Part shown: positions 1 through 8,297 of the stretch, piece after piece
Layout: each line of letters begins with the position of its first letter
Numbering within the stretch: position 1 is the first letter of the stretch
Source: an uncultured Desulfobacterales bacterium
Lineage (GTDB): Bacteria; Desulfobacterota; Desulfobacteria; Desulfobacterales; C00003060
Assembly (NCBI GenBank): GCA_964502635.1
Contig: CAZCXI010000003.1
Span: forward strand, 1 to 53,991
DNA length: 53,991 nt
Direction of reading: 5' to 3'
Notes under the pieces: model-generated
The model's database searches: none
Told to the model about the DNA's origin: nothing
The model's input: the letters and a program-made list of their open reading frames with translations, nothing else
Made by a program: the position numbers and the translations under genes

Positions 1-1207
1 GCACTTCGATGTCCATCCAATAACGCCGGCCCGGCTGGAATTCGACCTGGGCTTGAAACTTCCTTCGGCCCTTTTGGCCGCCTCGTAACATTTCCCGTAG
101 CCGGGCCTTGTCATTTTCCTTGAAAAAGAACAACTCTTCCCAAGGCTTCCCCAAGACTGCGTGCTCAGTCTTTCTCATGAGCTGCCGGGCCGTCTCGTTC
201 AAGAATGTCACTCGCCCGTCCTGGCCTATCGTCGCGATTCCCAGGCGCAGCATATTCAGAATCGATAAATGATCATCATGGCCCTTCTTGATCTTGTCAA
301 ACATCTCTTCGAGTTTGGCTTCCACGCGCTTACGTTCCACCATTTCCTGGGAAACACTCTCAATCATCTGATTGGTCACGTTCTTTAGGGATTCCAATAG
401 CTCTACTTGCGACCCCCCGGATACCCGTGCTGTTAGGTCGCCTCTCGAGACCCGATGCAAAACATCAAAGTGTTCGGCCAGACCGATAGCAAATTCATGA
501 GACAGATCAACGATTTCTCCGAGGTCTCCGGCGGTCAGGTTCACCATGTGCTTTAATTTGGCAATCAGATCGAGTTTCGACGTTTCGGGGATTCTGACTT
601 CCGGGTCCCCTGAAGATATTTCATTCAACGCCTTGAAAACCTCGGATAAGCCCTGGGCCAACTCTACGTTGATGGTTCGCAATATCTCTTCGCTTTGCCG
701 TAGGGCTCCCTCCATGCGTTTTCGCTCGGTGAGTTCAAGCTTCAATTGTTCGGCGGTCTTGGCCAGCGTGGCGGTGCGCTCTTTAACGCGCTTTTCCAGC
801 TCGCCGTGTGCCTTTCTAAGGGCTTCCTCCGCCCGTTTGCGTTCGCCAAGCCCTTGTTCTTCAATCTGAAAGACATCCCAAAACAGGTGCGCGGCGACAT
901 GGTCCATCAGTCGAACACTTTCCGGCTTGGTTCGGGAAATCTCATTGGCTACGTCCTCGCGACCTGTCAGCTCGATAATCATGTTGAGCCCTTCGAACGC
1001 ATATAAGTCGTGATAGTCCTCCGTGGCATAAACGCCCATTTCCTGAGCGTAGCGGTAACCCGGCGCTTTGGGATTGGTACTGGCTACACCAACAAGCTTC
1101 ATCTGAAGCTGACTGAGCTTTTCGGCAAATATCATGTCCATGATCGCCTTACACCCAGGTCCACCACCCACAATGGCGACATTAAGTTTTCGGGTCTTGT
1201 CCATCAT
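1..1207 (-). CDS. Signal-transduction protein (N-terminal Rossmann-like domain, coiled coil, HAMP-like repeats, PAS); runs off the window edge, output domain not visible
   Basis: Manual translation, absent from the ORF track: MMDKTRKLNVAIVGGGPGCKAIMD... (GxGxxG), ERKRAEEALRKAHGELEKRVKERT, ISSGDPEVRI and VSRGDLTARV (HAMP-like), LGIATIGQDGRVTFLNETARQL (PAS). The frame is open to the window start. Confidence 0.8.
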   Translation of the reverse strand, partial: MMDKTRKLNVAIVGGGPGCKAIMDMIFAEKLSQLQMKLVGVASTNPKAPGYRYAQEMGVYATEDYHDLYAFEGLNMIIELTGREDVANEISRTKPESVRLMDHVAAHLFWDVFQIEEQGLGERKRAEEALRKAHGELEKRVKERTATLAKTAEQLKLELTERKRMEGALRQSEEILRTINVELAQGLSEVFKALNEISSGDPEVRIPETSKLDLIAKLKHMVNLTAGDLGEIVDLSHEFAIGLAEHFDVLHRVSRGDLTARVSGGSQVELLESLKNVTNQMIESVSQEMVERKRVEAKLEEMFDKIKKGHDDHLSILNMLRLGIATIGQDGRVTFLNETARQLMRKTEHAVLGKPWEELFFFKENDKARLREMLRGGQKGRRKFQAQVEFQPGRRYWMDIEV

Positions 1208-1230
1208 CAACCCTTTTCAGCAGGATCAAA

Positions 1231-2121
1231 TCATACAAGATTCAGTGACCAGTCATAATCCATATAGGAAATATGAAGCTCACCGGCGAGTGTCCTTAGA
1301 AAAGCCTTTTCTTCCGGGTCATAGCGATACCGGATGATGAAAGCGAGGAGATCTTCCCTGCTGCCAAAGTCGTCCTTATACCATTTAAATATCCTGGACA
1401 GCTTCAGTGTTCCGGCAGCCTTTTCTATCCTAACCTCGTCACTATTGATAAAACCGGTGGTCACCAGGTCCAGTTGTTCATCAATCTCCTTCTCTTCATA
1501 AACGTCAATGGGTGGGCAGGAATTGGAACCGCAGACCAAGGCAAAGTGTATCCTTGGGTCCACCTTTTCAACAACAAGGCGCCTCCTCGGGTCCCCACTG
1601 CCAAAGGGTTTAAGAGACAGAAGGTGTTTCTTCTGATTGGCCCTGAGTATGCCGTGTTCAATGTCATCCAGGCTAAGGGTATAATCCCCAACATTGTACG
1701 AAGCGGCTTCGAAGAACGATGAAACTTCTTTTACGCTTTTCCTGATGTTCAGCTCCAAAATGCCGTGGACCACAAGCGCATTGTAGATATTGATCCAGAA
1801 TGCCAACTTTGCTTCTCTGGTGGTTAAGATGTCTGGATCAAACGAGGAAAGACCCCTTGTTGCGGCCTTGTAATCTCTAAAAGCCTCAGCGTCTTTCATG
1901 CCATCGTAATCGACACCGCCCTTTTCCAGATCATAGAAGTTCAGCTTAAGATGATCCATTCTGCTCTTTAGCTGTTGCGCAATCTCTTTACTGTTCGGCG
2001 AGATAGCTGTTCCATCAGACCGATTGAGAACAAGGGGTTTCATTTGTCTTCCAGATACAGGGGCGTTCTTGTTCAGACCAAGGAACCCCTCTGTGATCCC
2101 GTAAAGGAGGGCCCTTAGCAA
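1231..2121 (-). CDS. DUF547 domain-containing protein (start may be ATG at 2043)
   Basis: Family motifs LAFWINIYNAL, SLDDIEHGILR, DPRIHFALVCGSNSCPP, LSRIFKWYKDDF and YDWSLN. Confidence 0.85.
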   Translation of the reverse strand: MLRALLYGITEGFLGLNKNAPVSGRQMKPLVLNRSDGTAISPNSKEIAQQLKSRMDHLKLNFYDLEKGGVDYDGMKDAEAFRDYKAATRGLSSFDPDILTTREAKLAFWINIYNALVVHGILELNIRKSVKEVSSFFEAASYNVGDYTLSLDDIEHGILRANQKKHLLSLKPFGSGDPRRRLVVEKVDPRIHFALVCGSNSCPPIDVYEEKEIDEQLDLVTTGFINSDEVRIEKAAGTLKLSRIFKWYKDDFGSREDLLAFIIRYRYDPEEKAFLRTLAGELHISYMDYDWSLNLV

Positions 2122-2145
2122 GACAAGGCGGCGGTTTTCTCGTGG

Positions 2146-2160
2146 CCCATCACCGATGAG
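2146..2160 (-). promoter_or_regulatory. SECIS-like hairpin for the second UGA
   Basis: CUCAUC-GGU-GAUGGG begins 12 nt after the UGA at 2173-2175 and lies in the 3' UTR. Confidence 0.6.
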
Positions 2161-2163
2161 TCG

Positions 2164-2379
2164 TCATACCCCTCACGACCCGCCATAACCAATCTGGACA
2201 TTCTTGTCTTCCACGATGACCGGCACTTTCCGAACGCCGTTGGAAAGTTTCAGCATTTCGTTGAGCTTGTTGCTGTCCTCGAGAACGTCAATGTAGGTGG
2301 CCTTCTCTCCGTAAGCCGACCTGGCTTGGTTGGTGTAGGGTCAACCCAGCTTGCCGTAAATAACGACCTTGTCTCCCAC
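2164..2379 (-). CDS. Glutaredoxin-like selenoprotein with two selenocysteines (UXX-star type), 71 aa
   Basis: Manual translation from GTG 2379 (RBS GGAGGG): MGDKVVIYGKLG-U-PYTNQARSAYGEKATYIDVLEDSNKLNEMLKLSNGVRKVPVIVEDKNVQIGYGGS-U-GV*. In-frame TGA at 2341-2343 (the CPY position of glutaredoxins) and at 2173-2175. Cis-Pro motif KVPVIV is present, and a hairpin follows each UGA. Confidence 0.85.
2313..2327 (-). promoter_or_regulatory. SECIS-like hairpin for the first UGA
   Basis: AAGCC-AGGUC-GGCUU begins 13 nt after the UGA at 2341-2343 and has G in the loop. Confidence 0.6.
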
Positions 2380-2460
2380 GTCATACCCTCCCTGAGGCAG
2401 GGGTTACAGACTTTCTCTTGAACCAGTTGTCACATTTCCATCCTATGCCGAAAGGTGCTG

Positions 2461-2579
2461 TTGAACCGCAAAAGCGAGCGCATTCCCCGCTGCTTGCGGC
2501 GGGGTTAGCGAGCGAATCTGAAAATGAAAAGCTTCCTTACGGTGAAGATTCCCCGCGGTTTCCCGCGGGGAGGCTTCAA
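2461..2579 (+). mobile_element. IS200/IS605-type non-autonomous palindromic element (family A), copy 1, including the TTGAA target
   Basis: TTGAA|CCGCAAAAGCGAGCGCATT-CCCCGCTGCTTGCGGCGGGG...GATT-CCCCGCGGTTTCCCGCGGGG-AGGCTTCAA. Six related copies occur in the window. Confidence 0.85.
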
Positions 2580-2605
2580 ACCAGATTGTGTCAAAGACCG
2601 CTCAC

Positions 2606-2989
2606 TTATCTTCCGACAAACTCACCATCTTTAAACTCACCCACCAACTTCTTGCCGTCAGGAGAGGTTAACGTCCCTTTTCCGCACAACTTATTGTTCT
2701 TGAATTGGCCCACATACTTGACACCGTTGGGACGGAGAAAAATCCCTTGTCCGTTCATCATGTTGTCCCTGAACTCACCGACATATTTTGCCCCGTCAGG
2801 GGACGTCAAAGTGCCCTTTCCCAGCTTCTTGCCGTCCTTAAAGTGACCCACGTATTTCTCGCCGTTGGCATCAACAAAGGTCCCGTGTCCATCTATGCAG
2901 TCTCCTTTTACACAGCCGCAGAAGGCATTCAGAGGGGAAAAACAAATCATCAATACCAAGGCTACCAAGGCTATCCAAAGCGTTTTCAT
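2606..2989 (-). CDS. Secreted MORN-repeat protein
   Basis: Signal peptide MKTLWIALVALV..., GCVKGDC.DGHG, then repeated KYVGEFKD..M.GxGxxxxPDG units; RBS GGAGG before ATG 2989. Confidence 0.9.
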   Translation of the reverse strand: MKTLWIALVALVLMICFSPLNAFCGCVKGDCIDGHGTFVDANGEKYVGHFKDGKKLGKGTLTSPDGAKYVGEFRDNMMNGQGIFLRPNGVKYVGQFKNNKLCGKGTLTSPDGKKLVGEFKDGEFVGR

Positions 2990-3035
2990 CTTTTTGACCT
3001 CCCTGTTCTGTTTTTTCTGATACGCTTGCATTGGA

Positions 3036-3671
3036 CTAGATAGGAATAATGACGATGTTCACCCTTCTATTCATGGCGTTGCTAGAAGATATGGGTTGCG
3101 ATTCACCGAAACCAACCGTCTGCATCCTTCTCGGATCTACCCCTCTCTGCGACAGGGCGCGCTCGACGGCCTCTGCGCGTTTTTCGGACAATTGCTGATT
3201 ATAAGCCTCAGAACCGGTGGAGTCCGTGTGCCCTTCAACTCGGATGGTCGTTTGCGGGTAACTGTTTAGTACGTCAGCGACGCGGCCAATCTCAGCATAT
3301 GCCCCGGGTTTCAGGGTTGAAGAGTCAAAGTCAAAAAACAGATCGCTCTTGAATGTGGCCATAAGAACATTCTGTGTCCTCTGAATACTTGCAGCCTCGC
3401 TTGCACCAATCGCCGCTCTCAGCGCCTGCTCCTGTCTGTCCATGTACGCGCCGATTTGATGACCGGCAAGACCACCAACCACGGCACCAATGCCTGTGCC
3501 GATAAGTGTGGCCTCCGTATCCCTGCCAATGACTTGTCCAAGAATTGCGCCGGTCGCAGCGCCAATCAAGACCCCTGTTTTCGCTCCTCTTTGTTGTTGT
3601 GTCGGTCCTGCACAGGAAAAAAGGCATGTCGCCAGGGCCAGACTTGCAGCAATTGAAATGAGTCTTTTCAT
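3036..3671 (-). CDS. OmpA-family lipoprotein with glycine zipper (YiaD-like)
   Basis: Lipobox LFSC, glycine-zipper segment, FDFDSSTLK, VEGHTDSTGSEAYNQQLSEKRA and NRRV. Confidence 0.92.
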   Translation of the reverse strand: MKRLISIAASLALATCLFSCAGPTQQQRGAKTGVLIGAATGAILGQVIGRDTEATLIGTGIGAVVGGLAGHQIGAYMDRQEQALRAAIGASEAASIQRTQNVLMATFKSDLFFDFDSSTLKPGAYAEIGRVADVLNSYPQTTIRVEGHTDSTGSEAYNQQLSEKRAEAVERALSQRGVDPRRMQTVGFGESQPISSSNAMNRRVNIVIIPI

Positions 3672-4239
3672 CAGGTTGCCTCCTTATTGTTCAGCGGTTT
3701 TTTTGGCCGTGTTATTTGGTACGGCTGACACCTGCCTGTCACGTGCCCCAAAGGGACAGACCTCATGTCATCCTTGGAGCTGGAGCACACTCTATAATAT
3801 CACGACACGGTGCGTCAAGCCGGATGTGTGGGGGCACCTCGTCGAGAGACCTCTTGGTAGGACAGGCGCGGGTTCGCCGCCGAGGGCCATGACTCGATCT
3901 CATGAGGCCACTGTGGTTTCGAAGAAACAGGATAAGATGTGAGAAAGACACTTACCCCGACGTTGCATAAACACCATAGCAACCGACACAAAGTTCACAA
4001 TAACAGTAGGTTGTATCGATACAATGGCTTGTTTATCAATGCGCGGACGCTGAGGTCCACAAAAAGGCCAAAAACTGCCATGTTGTTTCCCCTTGGGGAA
4101 AGCCGATGATACCGCATTTCCTACGTTGTTGAGAGTTCGCAGTAAATGACTACAGCTTCACCCTCAACGCCTTGGATCTGCAGCATCCTCGACTTTTGCA
4201 ACGCCGGGGTTGCCGGATGCATGTTTTTCCTCTTGACCG

Positions 4240-4680
4240 CTACTTTTTCTTGGGATGGCAGCCCTGGCACGCCGTGGGGCCGGCAGGCTTTCCCGCCTTC
4301 TTCAGAGCCTTGTGGCAGCTTTTACAATTTTCATGAATAGCTGAGTAATAATATCTCTTGACCAATTCCTTCTTGGCCAGTTGTTCGCCTTTGGGTGCCT
4401 CAGCCTCGGTGTGGCAGGTATCACACTTTTGGACGTCATCGCCCTCTTTCCAAACGTTCTTGCAGTCTTTGTACACGTGGTGACACTCGGTGCAGGCAAT
4501 CTTGTAGTCCACATGGTGTTTCTTGTGGCTGAAGGTGACCAGGGCCTTCTTGTGCTTCAAAAAGACCTTTGAGTCCATCGTGATGGTCTCTGGCACCGGT
4601 TGGGTCGCGTAAACTCCTGCAACCAGAAATGCCACGCCTAAGGCTACAGCCGTTAATACCAGCAGTGATCGTTTCTTCAT
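4240..4680 (-). CDS. Class III tetraheme cytochrome c3 family protein
   Basis: Signal peptide, VTFSHKKH, and four CxxCH motifs (CTECH, CDTCH, CKSCH, CQGCH). Confidence 0.92.
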   Translation of the reverse strand: MKKRSLLVLTAVALGVAFLVAGVYATQPVPETITMDSKVFLKHKKALVTFSHKKHHVDYKIACTECHHVYKDCKNVWKEGDDVQKCDTCHTEAEAPKGEQLAKKELVKRYYYSAIHENCKSCHKALKKAGKPAGPTACQGCHPKKK

Positions 4681-4744
4681 AAGCCGTTTTCACCTCCTTT
4701 CCGGAAGTCATTTCGCCTTCGTCCGTTTATTCAACTTCTCTCAG

Positions 4745-5116
4745 CTACCAAGGCCGATAGCGGCCTCGATAATAGGGGCTGCATTGTCCATAGGCACGTA
4801 AGCGCGGTGGACTGTAATAAGCGGGCGCTGGACTGTAATAGACAACCGGCGGACTATAGCAGACAGGCGGTGGACCATAGTAGGCCGGCGGGGGACTGTA
4901 ATAGACGGGTGGCGCGCTGTAGTAAACAGGTGCAGGACGAGACGGAGAATAATAAGACGCATTAAAAAGCGCATTTGCCAGAATAGCAGTTCCCATTCCT
5001 ATAGCGACTCCTTCCCATCTATAACGCTGCTTGGGGCCTGCCCAAGCAGAGGTGACTATAAAAAAAATACACAGGATCGTCATGACCATGATCATAGAAA
5101 GTTTTTTGTTTTTCAT
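4745..5116 (-). CDS. Secreted Pro/Tyr-rich low-complexity protein
   Basis: Signal peptide ending SAWA, RWEGVAIGMG, and about six tandem (P)VYYSPPP-like repeats. Confidence 0.75.
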   Translation of the reverse strand: MKNKKLSMIMVMTILCIFFIVTSAWAGPKQRYRWEGVAIGMGTAILANALFNASYYSPSRPAPVYYSAPPVYYSPPPAYYGPPPVCYSPPVVYYSPAPAYYSPPRLRAYGQCSPYYRGRYRPW

Positions 5117-5175
5117 TTTTCTACCCCCCTTCATTCTTGTGTCTCAAGACAATGGACACCGTTGCTTGCAAAAAA

Positions 5176-5293
5176 TTGAACCCTCCCCGCGGCAAGCCAC
5201 GGGGAATCTTCACCGTAAGGATGGTATCATTTCCAGATTCGCTCGCTAACCCCGCCGCAAGCAGCGGGGAAGGCGCTCGCTTTTGCGGTTCAA
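5176..5293 (-). mobile_element. Family A element, copy 2
   Basis: Reverse-complement copy of 2461-2579. Its TTGAA target contains the TGA stop of the gene at 5290-5811. Confidence 0.85.
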
Positions 5294-5811
5294 AGAGCCG
5301 TTTGGTTTTGTTCAGAGCTACCGTCATCACCCACGGCATTTGCATTTTCACTAAACCAGAGAACGGTCTGATGCGACCGCTGTGTTTCTAAAATCATGAC
5401 AGAAGCAACATCCCCCTCAAAAGAGTTAATGATGGCACTGGGGCCAGGTACAGGGGCAGGGCCTCTCACAAGAGCAAAAAAGAGGACGAGCCCTGTTGCC
5501 ATGGCCGTGGCAGAGACATAAAATTTCCTGGACACGAACAGGTTTCCAAGTCTCATCCACCAGGGGGCCCCCTTTCTGTGAATCAGAGCCATGGCCCCTT
5601 CCTCTAATTCTTTAAGGCTGACGTGAGCAAGCGCTCCGTCCACGCCGGCCTTGAGAAGGCTGGAGACAGATTGATTATATCGGAATGCCTTTTGACAAGA
5701 AGGGCAAGATTTCAGATGGTGGATTATCGGGGCATATTCATCCGGCCCGAGTTCCTCATCGAAAAAGCGGTTTAACAAAGTGGGATCGCATGTCGTTTGG
5801 TCCATCTTCAT
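5290..5811 (-). CDS. Zinc-binding (zf-HC2/ZAS) anti-sigma factor
   Basis: HLKSCPSC (Hx3Cx2C), one transmembrane segment, and location in the ECF sigma cluster. Confidence 0.85.
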   Translation of the reverse strand: MKMDQTTCDPTLLNRFFDEELGPDEYAPIIHHLKSCPSCQKAFRYNQSVSSLLKAGVDGALAHVSLKELEEGAMALIHRKGAPWWMRLGNLFVSRKFYVSATAMATGLVLFFALVRGPAPVPGPSAIINSFEGDVASVMILETQRSHQTVLWFSENANAVGDDGSSEQNQTAL

Positions 5812-5825
5812 GAGCCTTCATCCTT

Positions 5826-5861
5826 GATGGACTCGTAAAATCGACTTCTTACGAAACCATC
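5826..5861. mobile_element. Family B MITE, minimal 36-bp form consisting only of terminal repeats
   Basis: GATGGACTCGTAAAA...TTACGAAACCATC flanked by a perfect 6-bp direct repeat ATCCTT (5820-5825 and 5862-5867). Confidence 0.8.
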
Positions 5862-5888
5862 ATCCTTATGAGCTGATCTTTTACCGTG

Positions 5889-5916
5889 TTAGACACCAAT
5901 GATTTGAAAAAACTCA
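5889..5916 (-). promoter_or_regulatory. Putative ECF-sigma promoter upstream of the anti-sigma gene
   Basis: TGAGTT-N16-GTCTAA. The 13-mer TTGGTGTCTAACA is shared with 7226-7238. Confidence 0.55.
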
Positions 5917-5991
5917 ATCGGTTTATTAGGGGGGTGATGAAGAGACGCGGAGCCGGGCTGAAGATGATAAAAAGCGTTAGGGGGGAAAGGC

Positions 5992-6462
5992 TCAAAAGGA
6001 AGTGGAAATATTGAAAAGCAGGTAACCGTCCTTGTATTTGGGTCCTCCCACGATAATATTGCCGTGGTTGAGGAGCTGGATCATGGTCTGAAAAATTTGC
6101 TTCTTCTTTCTTGATATCACGAGTTGAAGCTCTACCCTGTCTCCTGTCACCGTTAGAGGCGTCATCTTCAAAACTCTGCTTCCAGGAAGTGAAACCATGC
6201 CGGTCTTTCCCATGCCCAGGGCCAGACGGTCCCGGCCAAGAAGTCGATACGAGGAATACCGGAAGAGGGATCGCAGTTCCTCTATCAGGCTGGACAGGCG
6301 GGGGTCAAGATATTGGGAGCCCTGAGAGGCCAGGACGGTTTCAACAACGACATGGACAGGACGGTCAGCCCGGGCGGGACCGGTCACCAACCCCAACAGA
6401 ACAATCAACAAAAACAAAAGATTAAATTTCTTGAATTCCTGCATTTTCATAACCCGGGCCAA
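5992..6462 (-). CDS. Exported hypothetical protein of the ECF cluster (start probably ATG near 6450)
   Basis: Signal peptide ending PARA, DPRL..L...L.SLFRYSSYRLL and IVGGPKYKDGYL; co-oriented with the sigma factor. Confidence 0.75.
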   Translation of the reverse strand: MARVMKMQEFKKFNLLFLLIVLLGLVTGPARADRPVHVVVETVLASQGSQYLDPRLSSLIEELRSLFRYSSYRLLGRDRLALGMGKTGMVSLPGSRVLKMTPLTVTGDRVELQLVISRKKKQIFQTMIQLLNHGNIIVGGPKYKDGYLLFNISTSF

Positions 6463-6465
6463 AGG

Positions 6466-6633
6466 TTCATTGAACCAGCGCCATATCAGGGTAGACTCAG
6501 CGGTTTCATACTCATAACAGAGGAGCGTTCCGCTGTAAAAGGGTTTTTAGGGGCACTGAGGCCGAGGGTAAGGGCACGACCCCCTGCAAGGGCAAGAACC
6601 ACAACAAGCGGTGTCTCCATGGCGTTGTTTCAC
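6466..6633 (-). pseudogene. Decayed, internally deleted anti-sigma paralogue
   Basis: GTG start overlaps the sigma stop (GTGA). Across a frameshift it reads VVVLALAGGRALTLGLSAPKNPFTAERSSVMS/YETAESTLIWRWFNE, which aligns with VLFFALVRGPAPVPGPSAIINSFEGDVASVMILETQRSHQTVLWFSE of 5290-5811. Confidence 0.55.
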
Positions 6634-7238
6634 GATTTTTCCCCCTCTTCCAGATAGGGTCTCAAGAACCCTCTTAAAGTCTTTCGCGCATAAAAAAGCC
6701 GGGAACTCACGGTCCCCTTCTTTATCTTCAAGGTCTTGGCGATTTCATCGTACGAAAGACCTTCCACTTCCTTGAGTACAAACACGGCCCTTGCTTCCTC
6801 TGACAACGCCTTTAGCCCTTCCCACAATACCTTTTCAAATTCCTTTCTCTCGGACAGGGCTTCTGCGTAGTCATCATTCGTTGCCAACTCCGGGCGATCA
6901 GTCGCTCCTTCTCGTTGGAGGGGTTGATGATGCCACCTGAACCTTCGCTTCCATCTCCTCTGCCAGTTTAGACACAGATTAACCGTGATACGATGGAGCC
7001 ACGTAGAAAGCCTTGATTCTTCTCTGAAGGTATGAATCTTTTGGAATACCTTCAAAAAGACTTCCTGGACGATGTCCAGGCTTTCTTCTCTGTCTAAGGT
7101 AATACCATAGGCGATACTGAAAAGTTTGTCCTGATATTGCTGGATCAGCACACGAAATGCCCCCTCCTGCCTTTTCTTCAGGCCGGAGACCAATCGCCGT
7201 TCGTCTGAGAAATCGTTATTTACTTTGTTAGACACCAA
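6630..7238 (-). CDS. ECF RNA polymerase sigma factor (RpoE-like); start codon uncertain
   Basis: Region 2 DIVQEVFLKVF...FREESRLSTWLHRITVN and region 4 VFVLKEVEGLSYDEIAKTLKIKKGTVSSRLFYAR. Confidence 0.92.
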   Translation of the reverse strand: MVSNKVNNDFSDERRLVSGLKKRQEGAFRVLIQQYQDKLFSIAYGITLDREESLDIVQEVFLKVFQKIHTFREESRLSTWLHRITVNLCLNWQRRWKRRFRWHHQPLQREGATDRPELATNDDYAEALSERKEFEKVLWEGLKALSEEARAVFVLKEVEGLSYDEIAKTLKIKKGTVSSRLFYARKTLRGFLRPYLEEGEKS

Positions 7239-7256
7239 GAGATATAGAGAAAATCA
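7228..7256 (-). promoter_or_regulatory. Putative autoregulatory ECF-sigma promoter
   Basis: TGATTT-N17-GTCTAA, the same motif as 5889-5916. It overlaps the ORF-track start of the sigma gene. Confidence 0.5.
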
Positions 7257-7297
7257 GTGGAGGTTTTTTTAGTTTGTACATGATTGCACAAGTTTTT

Positions 7298-8071
7298 TCA
7301 TGGGACAACGCCCTCAATGGCGATCAGCTCTGCCGTAAAATGGCCGACAGCAACTTTGCTTTTCGCCTTGACAACGATGCGACGATCGTCTGCCGTCACC
7401 CAGAGTTGGAGCTTGGCACCTTCGCTTTTCTTGAAGATTCCACCAATGTGCCGCAGATCTGGTTCAATCAAAAAAGCATCGAACGTTCCAGCCTCCACTG
7501 TCACTATCTCGGGCTTAATCACAGTAGCCCTACCGACGACGCATTTTTTGCCATCGGTTACAGGCACCTCTACCTCAAGCTTGTCTACCAAAGGATTCAA
7601 GCGGAAGACATAAAACACACCCAGGGGATCGAAGGTGCCTGGCAAGAGGGTGACGGTCTTTTTGTGCTTCCCCTTCCTGTAATAGTGAGCCTTGGATTGA
7701 TCCCAATCGAATGCAACCCTGACATCTCTCTTGTGCCTGCCCTCACGTTGTTTCTTCCTGTAGAGGAGCGAATGGGTCATAGATCGGTCCGTGTAAGATT
7801 CAATGTGATCACGTACCTTATAAACAAGGTCAATCATGGGGTATGATCTGACCGAGACTTGGAAAAGGTAGGCGGGTGATCCTAATGCCGCTGCGCCGTC
7901 TGAAACCTGGAGGTGAGCTTCTCCGACAGGAATGACACTCCACTTGAGGACATAGCTCAGTTTTTCGCCGACTTGAAACGGAATCTTGCCCTTGCCAGTC
8001 GGCGCCTGTCCCGCGTCTACCGTAAAGGCCAAAGCTGACATCTGTATGAAAAGAAAAATCGACAAACGCAC
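7298..8071 (-). CDS. DUF3108 domain-containing exported protein
   Basis: Signal peptide, PFQVGEKLSY.LKW..IPVGEA.L, VTVEAGTFDA and LWVTADDRRIVVK. Confidence 0.8.
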   Translation of the reverse strand: MRLSIFLFIQMSALAFTVDAGQAPTGKGKIPFQVGEKLSYVLKWSVIPVGEAHLQVSDGAAALGSPAYLFQVSVRSYPMIDLVYKVRDHIESYTDRSMTHSLLYRKKQREGRHKRDVRVAFDWDQSKAHYYRKGKHKKTVTLLPGTFDPLGVFYVFRLNPLVDKLEVEVPVTDGKKCVVGRATVIKPEIVTVEAGTFDAFLIEPDLRHIGGIFKKSEGAKLQLWVTADDRRIVVKAKSKVAVGHFTAELIAIEGVVP

Positions 8072-8264
8072 GCCTTCTCACCTCGTTCAAAATCTTCCGG
8101 GGCATTTTCCCGAAGGCTGAGCAACATGGCTGGTTTTCTGGATATCATTCGCAGTCAATTGCACAAGAATACTCAAAAAGACCGCAAAGAAAGGCTATTG
8201 TTGCTCTTTTGACCATTTTCCATGTTGTTTATGCAACCATAGGGTTTACAATGGACACGACATT

Positions 8265-8297
8265 ATAGACTCGCAAAAAGGGTTTTGCGAAACCATC
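8265..8297. mobile_element. Family B MITE, degenerate short copy
   Basis: ATAGACTCGCAAAA-AGGG-TTTTGCGAAACCATC; the target duplication is eroded. Confidence 0.55.

Noticed and set aside
546-1337. Plus-strand ORFs at the window start
   Set aside because: They are antisense to the minus-strand sensor gene and DUF547 gene.
2418-2846. ORFs containing RAHSPLLAAGLAS or its antisense (also 5121-5351, 5137-5391, 31409-31594, 32358-32741)
   Set aside because: They are translations of the family A repeat and overlap real genes.
6547-6633. 28-aa Cys-rich peptide MKQRHGDTACCGSCPCRGSCPYPRPQCP (metallothionein- or RiPP-like)
   Set aside because: The same bases align with the anti-sigma in another frame, so the cysteines are probably a frameshift by-product. 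It is not fully excluded without ribosome profiling.
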